The translations under genes were made by a program, and so were the position numbers. The notes under the pieces are model-generated. The model was not told where the DNA came from. It saw only the letters and a program-made list of their open reading frames with translations, and did no database searches. Positions 30,912 to 45,294 of a stretch of DNA of 64,000 nucleotides are shown one piece after another; the stretch's first letter is position 1, and each line of letters begins with the position of its first letter. Where the stretch lies: assembly GCF_009914755.1 (NCBI RefSeq), contig NC_060937.1. One strand, given 5' to 3'. The DNA is from the human T2T-CHM13v2.0 reference genome, Homo sapiens.

Positions 30912-32737
30912 TTTTATTTATTTTAAATTTTATTTCAAGAACAATTAACACAAGATCTGCCCTCTTAACAGATTTTAATTGTACAATACGATATCATTAA
31001 CAATAGGTACAATGTTGTACAGCAGCTCTCTGGAACTTACTCATCCTGCTTGATTGAAATGTGAAGTCCATTGTTTAATAGCACCCATTCTCACTTCCTC
31101 AGCTCCTGGTAACCACCATTCCACTCTTTGTTCAATGAGTTTGCCTACTGTAGATACCTCATATAAATGGAAGCATGCAATATTTGTCCTTTTGTGCTTA
31201 TTTCACTTTGCATAATGTCCTCAAGGTTTATCCATGTTGTCTCACATTGCAGAATTTTTTTCTTGTTTAAGGTTGAATAATATTCTACGGTATTGATATA
31301 CATTTTCTTTATTCATTTGTTGTCTGTAGACATTTAGGTTTTTTTCCACATCTTGATTGACTACTATAAATAGTGCTACAATGAACATGAAAGTGCAGAT
31401 ATCTCTTCCAGTTCCTGATTTCCATTCTTTTGGATAAACAACAAACTATCTGAAAAGGAAATTAGGAAAACAATGCCATTTTCAATAACATCAAAAAGAA
31501 TGCAATATCTAGAAATAAACTTAACTAAGAAGATTAAAGACTTATACAGTGACAACTATAAAATAACTGATGAAAAAATTAAAGACACAAACAAATGAGA
31601 AGACCTCCCATGTTCATCAATTGCAAGACTTAGTATTAATAAAATGTACATTGTACCAAAAGTGATCTGTAGATTCAGTGCAATTCCCATCAAAATTCCA
31701 ATGTTATATTTTTTACAGAAATAGAAAACACAATCCAAAAATTCATGTGGAACCACAAAAGACCTGAAACAGCCAAATCAGTCTTGAGAAAGAAAAACAA
31801 CGCTAGAGGCGTCATGCTTCCTGATTTTGAAATATATTTCAAAGCTATCGTAATTTAAACAGTATGGTACTGGCATAAAGAAAGGCATATAGACCACTGG
31901 AACAGAATAGAGATCCCAGAAAAAAATCCATGCATGTGTGATCAACTGGTCTTTGACAAGGGTGCTAAGAGTATCAAATTAGGAAAAGATAGTCTGTTCA
32001 ACAGATGGTGCTGGGAAAACTGGATTTTCACATGCAAAAGAATGAATTTGGACCCTTATCTTAAACCATACATAAAAATGAATGCAAAATGGATTAAAGA
32101 TTTAAACATAAGGCCTAAAACTGTAAAACTTCTAGAAGAAAACATTTGGGGAAAAGCTTCATGACATGGATCTTGGCAATGATTTCTTGAATATCAAAAG
32201 CACAGGCAACCAAAGCAAAAATAGACAAATGGGACTACATTATACTAAAAAGCCTCTCTGCAGCAAAGAAAATAATCAGCAGAGTGAAAAGGCAACCCAT
32301 GAAATGGGAGAAGATATTTGCAAACTATATAACTGATAAGGGGTTAATTTCCAAAATATATAAGGAACTCCTATAACTCAAGAGCAAAAAGACAAATAAC
32401 CTGATTAAAAATGGACAAAACATCAGAACAGACATTTCTCCAAAGAAGACATACAATGGCCAAAGTGTTCAGCATCACTAATTATCAGGGAAACGCAAAT
32501 CAAAACCACTATAAGCTACTACCTCACACCTGTCAAGATGGCTATTATCAAAAAACAAAAGACAACAAATACTGGCGAGGGTGTGGTGAAATTGGAACCC
32601 TCGTGCACTGTTGATAAGAATGCAAAATGGTGCAGCCACTATGGAAAACAGTATGGAAATTCCTTTAAAAATTAAAAATCAAACTTCCTTATGATCCAAC
32701 AATTCCACTTTTAGGTATTTATCCAAAAGAATGGAAA
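30912..32737 (-). mobile_element. L1MA-type element with 5' inversion (3' end on minus 30912-31438; ORF2 segment on plus 31439-32737)
   Basis: Antisense L1MA 3' UTR switches to sense ORF2 (ORF 31934..32164 FDKGAK...[10 protein letters not shown]...LDPYL). Both segments end at the same L1 position. Confidence 0.88.
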
Positions 32738-34429
32738 CCAATTTCTTTTTATTATTTTCATATATAAACCAATGTATTTTCTTGAACATTAACATCCCAA
32801 AGAAGTAATACGTCTATAAAAGAACTTTTTTGAGCCCTTTGATGCTGAAATGGTAAAGTTAAATAGGGCTTTGAGCATTTGTAGAGATCTGCATAGTTTT
32901 GAACTTGTAACAACTACCATATAATTATTTACCCAAACTCAGTGTAATTGCTTTTCTATCATGCATTCAGTTGTTAGTCAGAATATAGGGAAAACCATAA
33001 TTTTTCAAATTAACAAAGTTTGGCATGGCTTTCTCTGCTCAGATCCTCAACAGTGTAGCAATGGCATCTTTATTATTTTACATGTACTGTCATTGCAACA
33101 CCTCATCATACTTTAATGTTTCACTGTAGAAAACAGTAAAACTAACTACAAATGATATATTCAAAAATGCCCAGATAACATTAGACGAGAAAGCCAGTAA
33201 AACATCACAAGATGAACGCATAAGGACACCAAAGAATATTAAAAATTTAAAAGAGAGAAGACTAGAGCAAAATGTTGACCAAGAGAATAAATCTGAATTC
33301 AGATAAGGCTGAGCCTGGTTTTATCTGCCCAGCTGGGGTTAGAAAGAGCCCAAATTACTAGTATCTCACAAATCCAATTCTACTCTTAGAATTAAAACTT
33401 GATGTAAGATAAATTTTCACAATTTCCAGGAAAGACATCTGTTGAATATAATATTTAGGACATTGTAACAACTGATGCTGAGTATAAAGATTCTAAAATA
33501 TTCCGTTAGCCATCATAATAGTTAAATCAGTCAGGAACACGGTTATTAAATCAGTGTAGTAGAGTACCTTATTATGCTTTTTCCTTATTATATTTTCATT
33601 CTATAAAAATACTATGCAATATTAGTTTAGTTATAGTGTTCATGAGTATAGAATAATATACATGGGTCATATCTGTATGTTAAAATAAGACATCTTTAAT
33701 TTTTAATGATATTGATTTTTTAGAAGACCTTTAGAGTTATCAACCTTTGTTTGCATATAAAATATTTTAGTGCATTTAGTGAATGTAACTTTAGGTTATC
33801 ATGAAGGTAAGATGAATGATTCTAAGCTAACTATATTAACTCTAGTAGTTAAATCTTGGGGGCACTTTTATTTGGGAAAAAAGATATAAGTGATCAAGGA
33901 AGAATCATAATACTAAATGTTATCATTAAGCTTATAATTCTATAAAATACTTCGTTGATAAGTATTGTTTGTTTTAATTTATTGTGGTAATAAGTTACAT
34001 TGCCCTTTTTAGGAGGTCAGGAAACCCTGGTAGATCTATCCTTAACAAGGATTTAAAATTAATTCATTTTGGAAACTAGCAATTAGGAATTCTCCATTAA
34101 GGACTTTCCCATTAAGAATCTTTCATTTAGCAAGAAAGTAAACCCTTGCTAGACAGCCTTTGTAGATATTTCCTTAGATAAATGTTTTGTCATTAAACAA
34201 TTAGTGATTATTCATAGGAAGCTGGGAAAATGTTATTAGATGGCATTTTAGTGACATTTATTTCAGCCTTATATTAACATAATCATTTGAAAAGGATTTT
34301 TAAAACTTAGGAAAGAATGCAGATATGCAAGTGACCACAGGCTGTCTGTGAATGCACAGTGGTCATGGAGGGTTATTAAAATATCACCCTTGTAGTGGTA
34401 TTTTCTGAAATCCCATTTGCATTTTATAG

Positions 34430-34597
34430 ACTCTCAACACTGTAAAATAGGCTTTGTGTTTGATGATTTTGCCCAACTGTAGGTTGATGTAAGGGTTCTG
34501 AGCATATTTAAGGTGGGCTAAACCAAGCTATGCATTAGATGGGTGAGGTGTATTAAATGCATTTTCAGCTCTCTTCATAAATCAAAAAGCATCTATA
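34430..34597. mobile_element. TcMar-Tigger DNA transposon fossil (MER47-like)
   Basis: AAAATAGGCTTTGTGTTTGATGATTTTGCCCAACTGTAGG...GGTGTATTAAATGCATTTTC, then a TIR-like GCATCTA-TA end. Confidence 0.7.
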
Positions 34598-35176
34598 TTG
34601 TTTAACTGCTGTGTTTTGTCATTAAGCAGTTAGTGATCATTCATTGGAAATTTGTTACACAGAAATAGAAAACTAGTACAATGTTACTACACTATGTGAA
34701 GTGTTTAATTTCTCTTGCTGGATATTGACAAAAACAAAGCAAAGAGAAAAACTCTAAAATTACCTAAATAAACGTACCTGATGACCCATACTCTTGACCA
34801 TTTATTAACAGAGAAATGGTTAGCTTTTAATCTTTTATTACTGGATATTGATATATATTTTAAATAACTAGGGAAGCAGCAATAAGATAACATTTAGCCT
34901 AATCTAATCATGTATGTTTTAACCACTTCCTACTGGGAAATTATTTGTTTATGAAGTAAATTATTCTTTTTTGAAATATTTTGAAATGAAATTATTTTTT
35001 CATTTTAACAGCAAAAATGTTCTTTGATGCATTAATATGAGTGATCATTTTAGCTCATCATAATTGAGGAAATCAGTGTATATATTGATGTAGTATTTAT
35101 TGTGAAAAAAGATTGTGTTTAAAAGACTGTCTTTTTTATTTTTGTGACTTACCATTTAGTATATAATAGATTTCAC

Positions 35177-35505
<329 letters not shown>

Positions 35506-36620
35506 TCAGTTTATCCTCATAATGATCCCATGAGTTTGAGATTGACAGGCATCAGCTTTATGTATCGTTATTTCAGTGATTTCAAAGCTAAGTGTATCTT
35601 AGCAGATATCAGGATCCATGAAGATCAGGAAAACCAACTCAGAAGGTGGTACGATGAAGGCAGTACACAGACTTGTTGTCCTTGAACCATGTCCGAAAAA
35701 AGTCCTTTTGGGGTTTCATGGGACCCAATAAATACAAATTTTTCCCCATCCAAATTCAAACCCAACTGAAAGGAACAAAAAGAAATCTGGTAGGGATAGC
35801 TTAAAATACCATCTGTATTACTGATAAAAAGCTGATTGGAGGGTACTGGCTTGGATTTGGCCAAACGTCTTGCACCCCAGAATTAGAAAGATGACCCATC
35901 AAGTCACAGGCAGCATGGAAAATTGCCGATGCCTGCTGCGAGGCAAGGACTTGATATTGTGACATTCTTCCTGGTGGGATTGCCTATACCCACAGCAGAC
36001 CAGAAATCCGTGGGTAAGTAGATCCCTGGGGAAGGAGGAGAGGAGCCAGAAGCCTGTGCTTCTCCTAACTTTCCAGCCACACACATCACTCTCCTGCGGT
36101 GCAGAGAAGGGCAGAGTGTTTCTCTCAGGAAAGGTCCCTCCTGCATCCACCACTTAAGTAATCTCATGTTGATTTTTCAGTCTGCCAGAGTGAGGATATA
36201 AGTCAGAAACCGGGGAGAGGGGGTAGAAAAGTGGAGAGGAGAGCTTGACCCCCCCTTTCACCATAGAGACCAAGTGATTAATCATTATTCCCACTTACCT
36301 GCACATCACTTCTGGCTGTTTCAAAGTTCTGCCTGTGGGAATTGGGAAGACGAAATGCCTTCACTGTATTTATCTGATTTTACTTATTATTGAAAATCCA
36401 TGAGTGGATCCATTCCTATTGCACTGAAAAACAAAAGAAACACCAGCTTCTTGACCGCAGGCTGGGCACAGTTACCTCTGCAGTCTTGTTCTAAACTGCC
36501 CTCCTGTTGCTCATTGGCTTTCAATCCTGCAGACAGTTCTCTCTTGCTTCAGTGTTTTGGTATATGCTCTTCTCTCTATCTAGAGCATCCACTCCAACCC
36601 AGGCACACACGTACAGTCAC

Positions 36621-37032
36621 ATCATTATGGTTTGGATCTGTGTCCCCACCCAATCTCCTGTTGAATTGTAATACCTAGTGTTGAGGTGCAGCCTGGTGGG
36701 AGGTGATTGGATCATGGGGGCAGGTCCTTCATGAATGGCTTGGCACCATCCCCTTGGTGCTGTTGTCCTGATAGAGTTATCATGAGATCTGGTTGGTTGA
36801 GTGTGTAGCATCTCCCCTCTCTCTCTTGCTCCTGCTCCTACCATGTAAGACGTGCTTGCTAGGGCTTTGCCTTCCACCATGATTATAAGTTTCTTGAGGC
36901 CTCCCCAGAAGCCAAGCAGAAACCACTATGCTTCCTGTGCAGCCTGTAGAACCATGAGCCAGTTAAACCTCTTCTTTGTGATTGACCCAGTCTTTGGCAT
37001 TTCGTTGTAGCAATGCGAGAATGGACTAATAC
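36621..37032 (+). mobile_element. MaLR LTR (MSTA-like)
   Basis: TATGGTTTGGATCTGTGTCCCCACCCAATCTC...GCAATGCGAGAATGGACTAATACA. Confidence 0.88.
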
Positions 37033-37960
37033 AGGGTCTCAGCTCAAAATGATACTTTCTTGCTGAGGTTATCTTGATCACCTCTGGTCTAAGACAGGAT
37101 CCTCCTACATTCTCTTTTGTAAGACTCGGACTTATTTTTCCCAGCATAGCACACCACAATTTTCTGGTTGTTAAATGTCTGCTAACCCCGTAGGATCATG
37201 TCAGTTGAGCCTGGTAGCATAAAACTTATGCTCTGTAAGTATTTCTTGAGTTGATAAATAAGAGATTAAATGACCAAGGGATGTATTCTTTTTATTTCAA
37301 TATAGTTGTTGTTATATGATTTTAGCAAATGAGTATAGAAAGAGGCAAAGTAACCTAGAAAAAGCACAGATGCTTAAAAATTAGTAGAAGAATAACTGAA
37401 CCCCTCAAAGGCAAATTAGACAGGATGTGAAAGCATGGGCATGATATGAGGGAGTGAGAAGAGAGGCTCCAGTTAACTTGGGAAGGCTCTTAGAAATGGA
37501 TACTGCTAAGCTGCTTCCCAAGAGAGGCTGGTGGATTGGGTCTGGGGAGGGGCTCCAGCTAAGTCCGTGTTGCAGAGCAGGTTTGGTTTGCAGACACTGC
37601 AAACTTTAGGGTCATCTAAAGTTTAAATTACACTCAGGGAATACAGCATGAGTAGCAGGAGTCCTTGACTCGGATTTCACATTCTTTCCCATATTATCTC
37701 CTTTGTAATGTTTTTTGCTGACAGTGTTGATGTGATATAGATAGAGGCATTCCATTTCTTAACTGGTGAAAGGGAAGCAAAAGGAGTATGCCTGAATGAA
37801 ATCATACAACACACGGAAACTTTCTGTACGGAGCTGTCAGTTTTATTACCCTATCTCTGCAGTGGTCTCACTGGCAAAGTACCCATATCTTTGCAGTGGT
37901 TTCACTGGCAAATAATTAGGGTTGCAATTTATAGGATTAATTAATTTAAGAAAAGACAAC

Positions 37961-38260
37961 AGGGGGCGTGGTGACTCATGCCTGTAATACCAGCTCTTTG
38001 GGAGGACAAGGCAGGCAGATCACTTGAGGCCAAGAACTCAGACCAGCCTGGCCTACATGGCAAAACCCCATCTCTACTAAAAATATAAAAATATAAAAAT
38101 TAGCTGGGCGTGGTGGCACGTGCCTGTGATCTCAGCTACTTGGGTGGCTGAGGCAGGAGAATCACTTGAACCCAGAAAGTAGGGGTTGCAGTGAGCCCAG
38201 ATGGCTCCACAGCACTCCAGCCTGGGTGACAGAGTGAGACTCCGTTTCAAAAATAAATAA
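37961..38260 (+). mobile_element. Older Alu (J/Sz-like)
   Basis: Full Alu; TSD AAGAAAAGA[CA/TG]ACA. Confidence 0.92.
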
Positions 38261-38748
38261 GAAAAGATGACAATGTAAACTACTAAAATTATATTGTATC
38301 TGTCCTTGATCATTTACTGAACTTAAAGAGATCAAATTTATCCAAAACCAAAATGACTTCTACTAAAATGCTTTCTGGGAGCGTGTTATGAACACACTTT
38401 ACAAATATATTTTATAAATAACATCAGATTGGACAGATTTTATTTTTTTAAAAAACTTACTGTGATAGTTATTTGAACAAAAGACTGTCTATCATATTTT
38501 TAGTGACTAGTGCTATAGTGTATCTTAAGATATCTTTGTTCCCCATTCCACTTTGCTTGCCTTCATCGAGAGGCTGGCAGGTGCCCCTAAGGCAGCTGCA
38601 TGCAGCCACCTGTAGGCTACCGAGGCTCAGCCTAGGGGTGGTTTTGCTCTGCTCCCTGGGGCTGGCTTCTGTGTGCTTCCTAAGGAAGGGCAGTGTGGCC
38701 TCAGCTGCAGGAAGGCCTCTAACAAACTTGGCCATGAAAGGAACTCTC

Positions 38749-39180
38749 TGAAACTGACCCAGTTGTTCCATAGATAGTTTTTTGGATAAACAGAAATTGA
38801 CCCTTCTGGTCTTAAAGCTTGAAACTTACATTTGTTTTATCTGAGTTCCTTTCTCAGGAAAGGGCCTTCAGACCTCTCAAAGTATCAAAGAACTGAAACT
38901 TACCAGGTCACCACATCCAGACAATAAAATGCCTGACCCCACGTTCATCATGGTTGCTTCCTTGTCCCATCCTAGTTCCTGTTTTCCTACACATTGTTAA
39001 ATTTCTTCCCTGCTATAAAAACCCCTAGTTTTAGTTGATCAGAGAGATTAATTTGAGACTGAGCTCCCATCTCCCAGACTGCAGCACCCAATTAAAGCCT
39101 TCTTCCTTGTCACTTCAGTCATTGGCTTTCTGTGCAGCAAACAGCAGGACCTAAACCAAACCCCTGCTGTTTCAGTAACA
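38749..39180 (+). mobile_element. ERV1-class solo LTR (LTR26/LTR47-like; subfamily uncertain)
   Basis: TGAAACTGACCC...CAGTAACA ends, 4-bp TSD TCTC on both sides, TATAAAA at 39014-39020, ATTAAA at 39091-39096. Confidence 0.85.
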
Positions 39181-41894
39181 TCTCCCCAGGGAAAGCAATA
39201 TGTGGGAAGGAAGAGCAGTGCAGTATTATCTGGCACATAAACAAAGGAAGACACATCAACTTCTTTGCTCTGCCTATTTGACATTCTTGGTGGCTCCATT
39301 TAGAAACATTTTACCACTGGTCTTCCAACTGCCTTTCTCTGCACTGTGCTGGTGGCAGAGATGTGTCTGGTGCCCAGACCAACCCTATCCCCTGCTGTTC
39401 TCCTCCATCCCTGCCTTAATGATGCCCGGCTCACACTGCCATTTGATTTTCAGCAGTGTGATATTGATGCCTTAAACCACCTGCATCTCCATCCCATTTG
39501 TTTTTCAAATGAATGGAACTATGATTAAAAGAAAAATACAACGCTGTAGCATTTTTAACCAGTACCCTGGCATTTTCTCAAATTATTTATGTCTTTCTAA
39601 AAGGTATTATATCAGTGCTTTCCAGTCCAAAAATCATTAGAAGACAAGATATTATTAGGACTGAGTTTGGAGGAGGAAGATAAACCTAAAGCTATTCCAA
39701 GTACAGAGGAATTTCATTATCATGGACATCAGTGATACAAATCCCATTATTATCGGTGTCTAAAGATACAAATAGCACTATAGTTTTAATTTTTATCCCA
39801 GGGATATGCCTTCAATTTTCTCTTTTATTATAATTTTTATGAGTGATTTAACCATATTACAGCAATTGGGAAATAAAGAAGGCAACAGCACACTTGGTCT
39901 CCTAAGCTTCAGGCTCTTGCTGCAAGGAGGGACGTTCATCAGCCTGAACTGGAACTGCAGCTCACTTTCCTGTCACAGGGAATATTCTTATAACAAAATT
40001 AATGGGCTCCAGATGCAGATCTATTCACTTTCTTCCCATTTCTACCAATAATATGAAACTGTTAATGTCTTCTGGTAACATAGTTTTTTTCTCACAAATG
40101 CTAATAAAGATAATATCTTGAAATTACAAACCAACTAATCTTATTTACTTGATTAGGTTTTATTTAGAAAAGCCTACTTTGAGATACTGTAAAAATAGTG
40201 AAAAGAATATTAGCTTAGGATTCAGACTGGGTAAGGGTCTCGGTTTTAATTAGGATTATGTTCAATCTGTGATTCTCCCATAGCACACACACACTCAGAG
40301 AACAAGAACCATTAGTGATTACTTATTTTAATTAAATGCTCAGTTTAAGCCTGGCACAAAATTATGAAATCCTTTGGCGAAAGTTATTCTTTATTTCTAT
40401 TTTTAGTATAACATGAAAAAGTACCTGCTACCCTGTTAAACTTCTCATTATAAAAATAATGTGAAAAGTTACACTCAGACAAAAACCACCACCCCATTGG
40501 TACAATATGGAAATAGGGATCCCAGCATGGATGATTTAGTAGGTGTTAATAGAGTAAGCTGAGAGTTAAAAAAAAAAAAACTAAAACAAAGACATATTTT
40601 GTGGATAGTAGCCATCATCATATAGCAATAAGATGTAGGCTATACATAACGGCCAAATGTGGAAGACCAATTTGAGATGTTCAGTAGCTTACAAGACTAT
40701 GTGCACAAAATGTGAAATAACAGAATTTCAAAGATGACAGTACTCAGAAAACGAGATATGTAAAAGAGGATAATTATCTACCTTTTCTTAGCAATGAAAC
40801 ATATTAGAATCTTGAACATGTTTCTCCAGAGTAATCTCTCCATGACAGAATTATCATGGACATTCCACTAAATACCTAAAACTCTCTCAAGATGCACCCT
40901 TCCAGCTTGACCTAGTGCAAATCTCACGTCTTCTGAGAGGCATTCTCCAAATTCTCCAATACTCTTTATTCAAGTCCCATTCAGAACCCCTGAATTTGTC
41001 TATACTACGGGTGTATCTATTTATGTCAGAGGAATTCAGGGGCCAATAGAACACTATACTTTTTTGAATCCTGAGCCATATCACAGTGCCATATGTATAA
41101 TTTGGTACCCAATAAATATTTTATGATTCAAAAAAAGTGTAAATATGAAAGATAACTTTCACAGGTGTATGTGTATATGAAGTTAGCAATGACCAAGAAG
41201 GAATGACACAAATTTATTACTAGATTGATAACAAAAAATTACTGAAGGGTTTGCAGACAGGTTGATGGAGCCAATATAACTGTAAAAATTTATTAGTCTA
41301 TTATTTTGTTAACAGAATATGATATTTAATGGACCATGATATTCCCTCACAAATTTTTCCATCTCTTTGCAAATGCACTTGAGTAAACTGTTGTATAAAA
41401 TATGTATTTTCTTAAAGTTGTTGCTTTCCAAAATTTGCTGAGAGGTATATATACATTGTTGTCTAACATTGACTTTTCTTTGTATGTAAAATGTCCAGGT
41501 TAGTAGCAAAAGCATCAGTACAGTTGATGATACAACTGTAATATAGTTCTCTGTTGTTAATTACATAAAATGATGTGGACTAATTGATTGATTGTACACT
41601 TACGCCAGTCATCCTGACAGTCTTAATTTAATCTTAAAGTATATTCTGTTTGATCATCTGGTCTGGGTTCCACCACACTGTTCATAATATATTGAGAAGC
41701 ACATTCAGCTATGTGGAAATGTGTTTTTAATTCCTGGGTAGTCATAAATGACAATTATAATGATGAGCATGATGATAATGATGATGATAACCTTTGTGTG
41801 GTGTGTTAGAATGTGGGAAGTACCACCACTCCGGGTATATAAATACTCTTTACAATGTCTCCTTTTCCAAATTAAGAGACTACTGTTCCAAATA

Positions 41895-42190
41895 TTTCAT
41901 ATGAGGAGAGGTTCTAATTTGATTTTTATCCTCAAATAGTTTCCTGAACACAGTTTATTGAATAACTATGTTTCCTATTAGTTATTATGCATTTGTTATC
42001 ATACTATAAGCTCTTATGAATAGAGACTGTTTCAGAGCTACATGTTGTATCTACCTTTCTGTTGCCTCTTTTGCTAGTGTTTTAGAACCCAACATTTCCA
42101 ATTATAATAAATTTATCATTGTTTTCATATATATATGCCAGTCCCCCGATTAATTTTTGCCTTTACAGTCTATTATGAAAATTTTCAAAT
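41895..42190 (-). mobile_element. Ancient L1 (L1ME-like) ORF2 fragment
   Basis: GAGGAGAGGTTCTAATTTGATTTTT...TTCCTGAACACAGTTTATTGAATA resembles antisense L1 ORF2; very diverged. Confidence 0.5.
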
Positions 42191-42199
42191 GCATATTTT

Positions 42200-42301
42200 A
42201 AAAACACGAATTCTTCATGAAGTTGTGTGTCATCCTTATAAGGCGCCACGTCAATCTTTTCTGATTTTCCAGTTGTATCATCTGTACTGCTAAATGAACA
42301 T
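42200..42301 (-). pseudogene. Degraded full-length U6 snRNA retropseudogene
   Basis: The + strand aligns over ~102 nt with the reverse complement of U6 (e.g. CTTCATGAAGTTGTGTGTCATCCTT vs CTTCACGAATTTGCGTGTCATCCTT). About 70% identity by manual alignment, with many CpG-decay changes. Confidence 0.85.
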
Positions 42302-43623
42302 AACATCTGAGAATTCCTGAGTCTTTTCTGTCCCGTGATTCTCTTCTTGTGTCTGGAGTTGTTGTCCTATGGTAGCTGCTCTCCTGCATCTTTTAATCAG
42401 CTCTACTTTACAAGACATGAAAGTAGGCTTGTCTATTTTTATTATTTTTACTAGCATCTAGTATACTGCTACCATGTAATAGGTACTCAACAAATACAGG
42501 TACACTTCAACTGAAATGTCAGAAATTAAATGCTTTTACTGAGATCGCACAACCAGAAAATGAGAGTTAGGATTTATATCCATTCCATTTGATTCAAAAA
42601 TCAACCCTACTCAATGGCCCTATATGAGATGTCATAAATGGTGGTAGTGAGAATAAGTAGCTGATGAGTATACTTCCCTAACATGATACAAAATATTTAC
42701 AACAAACCAGCAGCCAAGAACATACTACCAGAAGCCCACAGGCATTCCCACTGAAGCCAAGAACAAGAAAAGTATGTCTGATATCACTACTGTAATTTGG
42801 CATTTTTCTGAAAGTTTGACAAATGCAACAACAGAGTTAAATAAGGAATAGAAGTAGATTAATGGAAGATGATTTGAGAAAAAAACTTGCAAGTAATTTT
42901 AGTGTTACCTTATGCAACCCAGAGAATTAAAGGAAAACTATTGAAACAAATAAAAAGTTTATAATATATGTATTTAGTAAGAAAACATGTTAGTGTTCAT
43001 TATACATCTATATTTTGGTCTCAACTAGCTAGAAAATGGGCTAGAAGAAAAATCACACATCATACTGGAAGATATATGTAAGTTCTTTATAAAACTACAA
43101 TAATTCAACCCTTATGGCATATAAACACCAAATATACCACTGGAACATAAAGAGATTTCAGAAAGAGTTGGTGGGGATATAAACTGGTACATTCAGTAGA
43201 GTTACAATTTGTTCACTTTTCTGAAGATGTTATACTTCACTAACATAAATGTAAAATAAACTGTAACACTAAAATTATTTAAGTTGTTTATTAAGGTAGT
43301 AATGATAAATATTAAATTCATAAACTTAAAAAATAAAATTTGTTGGGAAAGGGTAGTAAACTCAACATATTGTTAATTTAAAAATCAATATCAGAGAGTG
43401 ACCAATATTTCTGCACACACTCAAATATAACTGCTGATTGAACAGAGATTGGACATGCCATACTTACTTGTGTTCATTTCCTTCCATGACAGGTATTGTG
43501 CTGCTTTTATTGTATTAATACAAATAGACCAAGGCATTTGAATGATGGTTGATAGGGACAACCTTACTTTGTTGAAATAAGTATATCCATTTGAGTATAG
43601 GAAAAACTCAGGAAAATTATTGT

Positions 43624-44113
<490 letters not shown>

Positions 44114-44324
44114 ATAGGTTTTTTATTAGCTTTTTATCCTAAATGATTTGGGATCATTTCTAGAATTACTTTTAATGTCTAAATAGAGGTATTCATATTT
44201 ATCAGAAAACAAGTTTTCCAGCAAGTGGGATTTCAGGGGATTTTGTTTATTTATAGCTGCGGTAGTATTAAAGGAATTTTTCTTCCTCTAGAAGAGGAGG
44301 ATATTTTTTAGGTTTATTTTATTT

Positions 44325-44932
<608 letters not shown>

Positions 44933-44938
44933 GAATAT

Positions 44939-45294
<356 letters not shown>

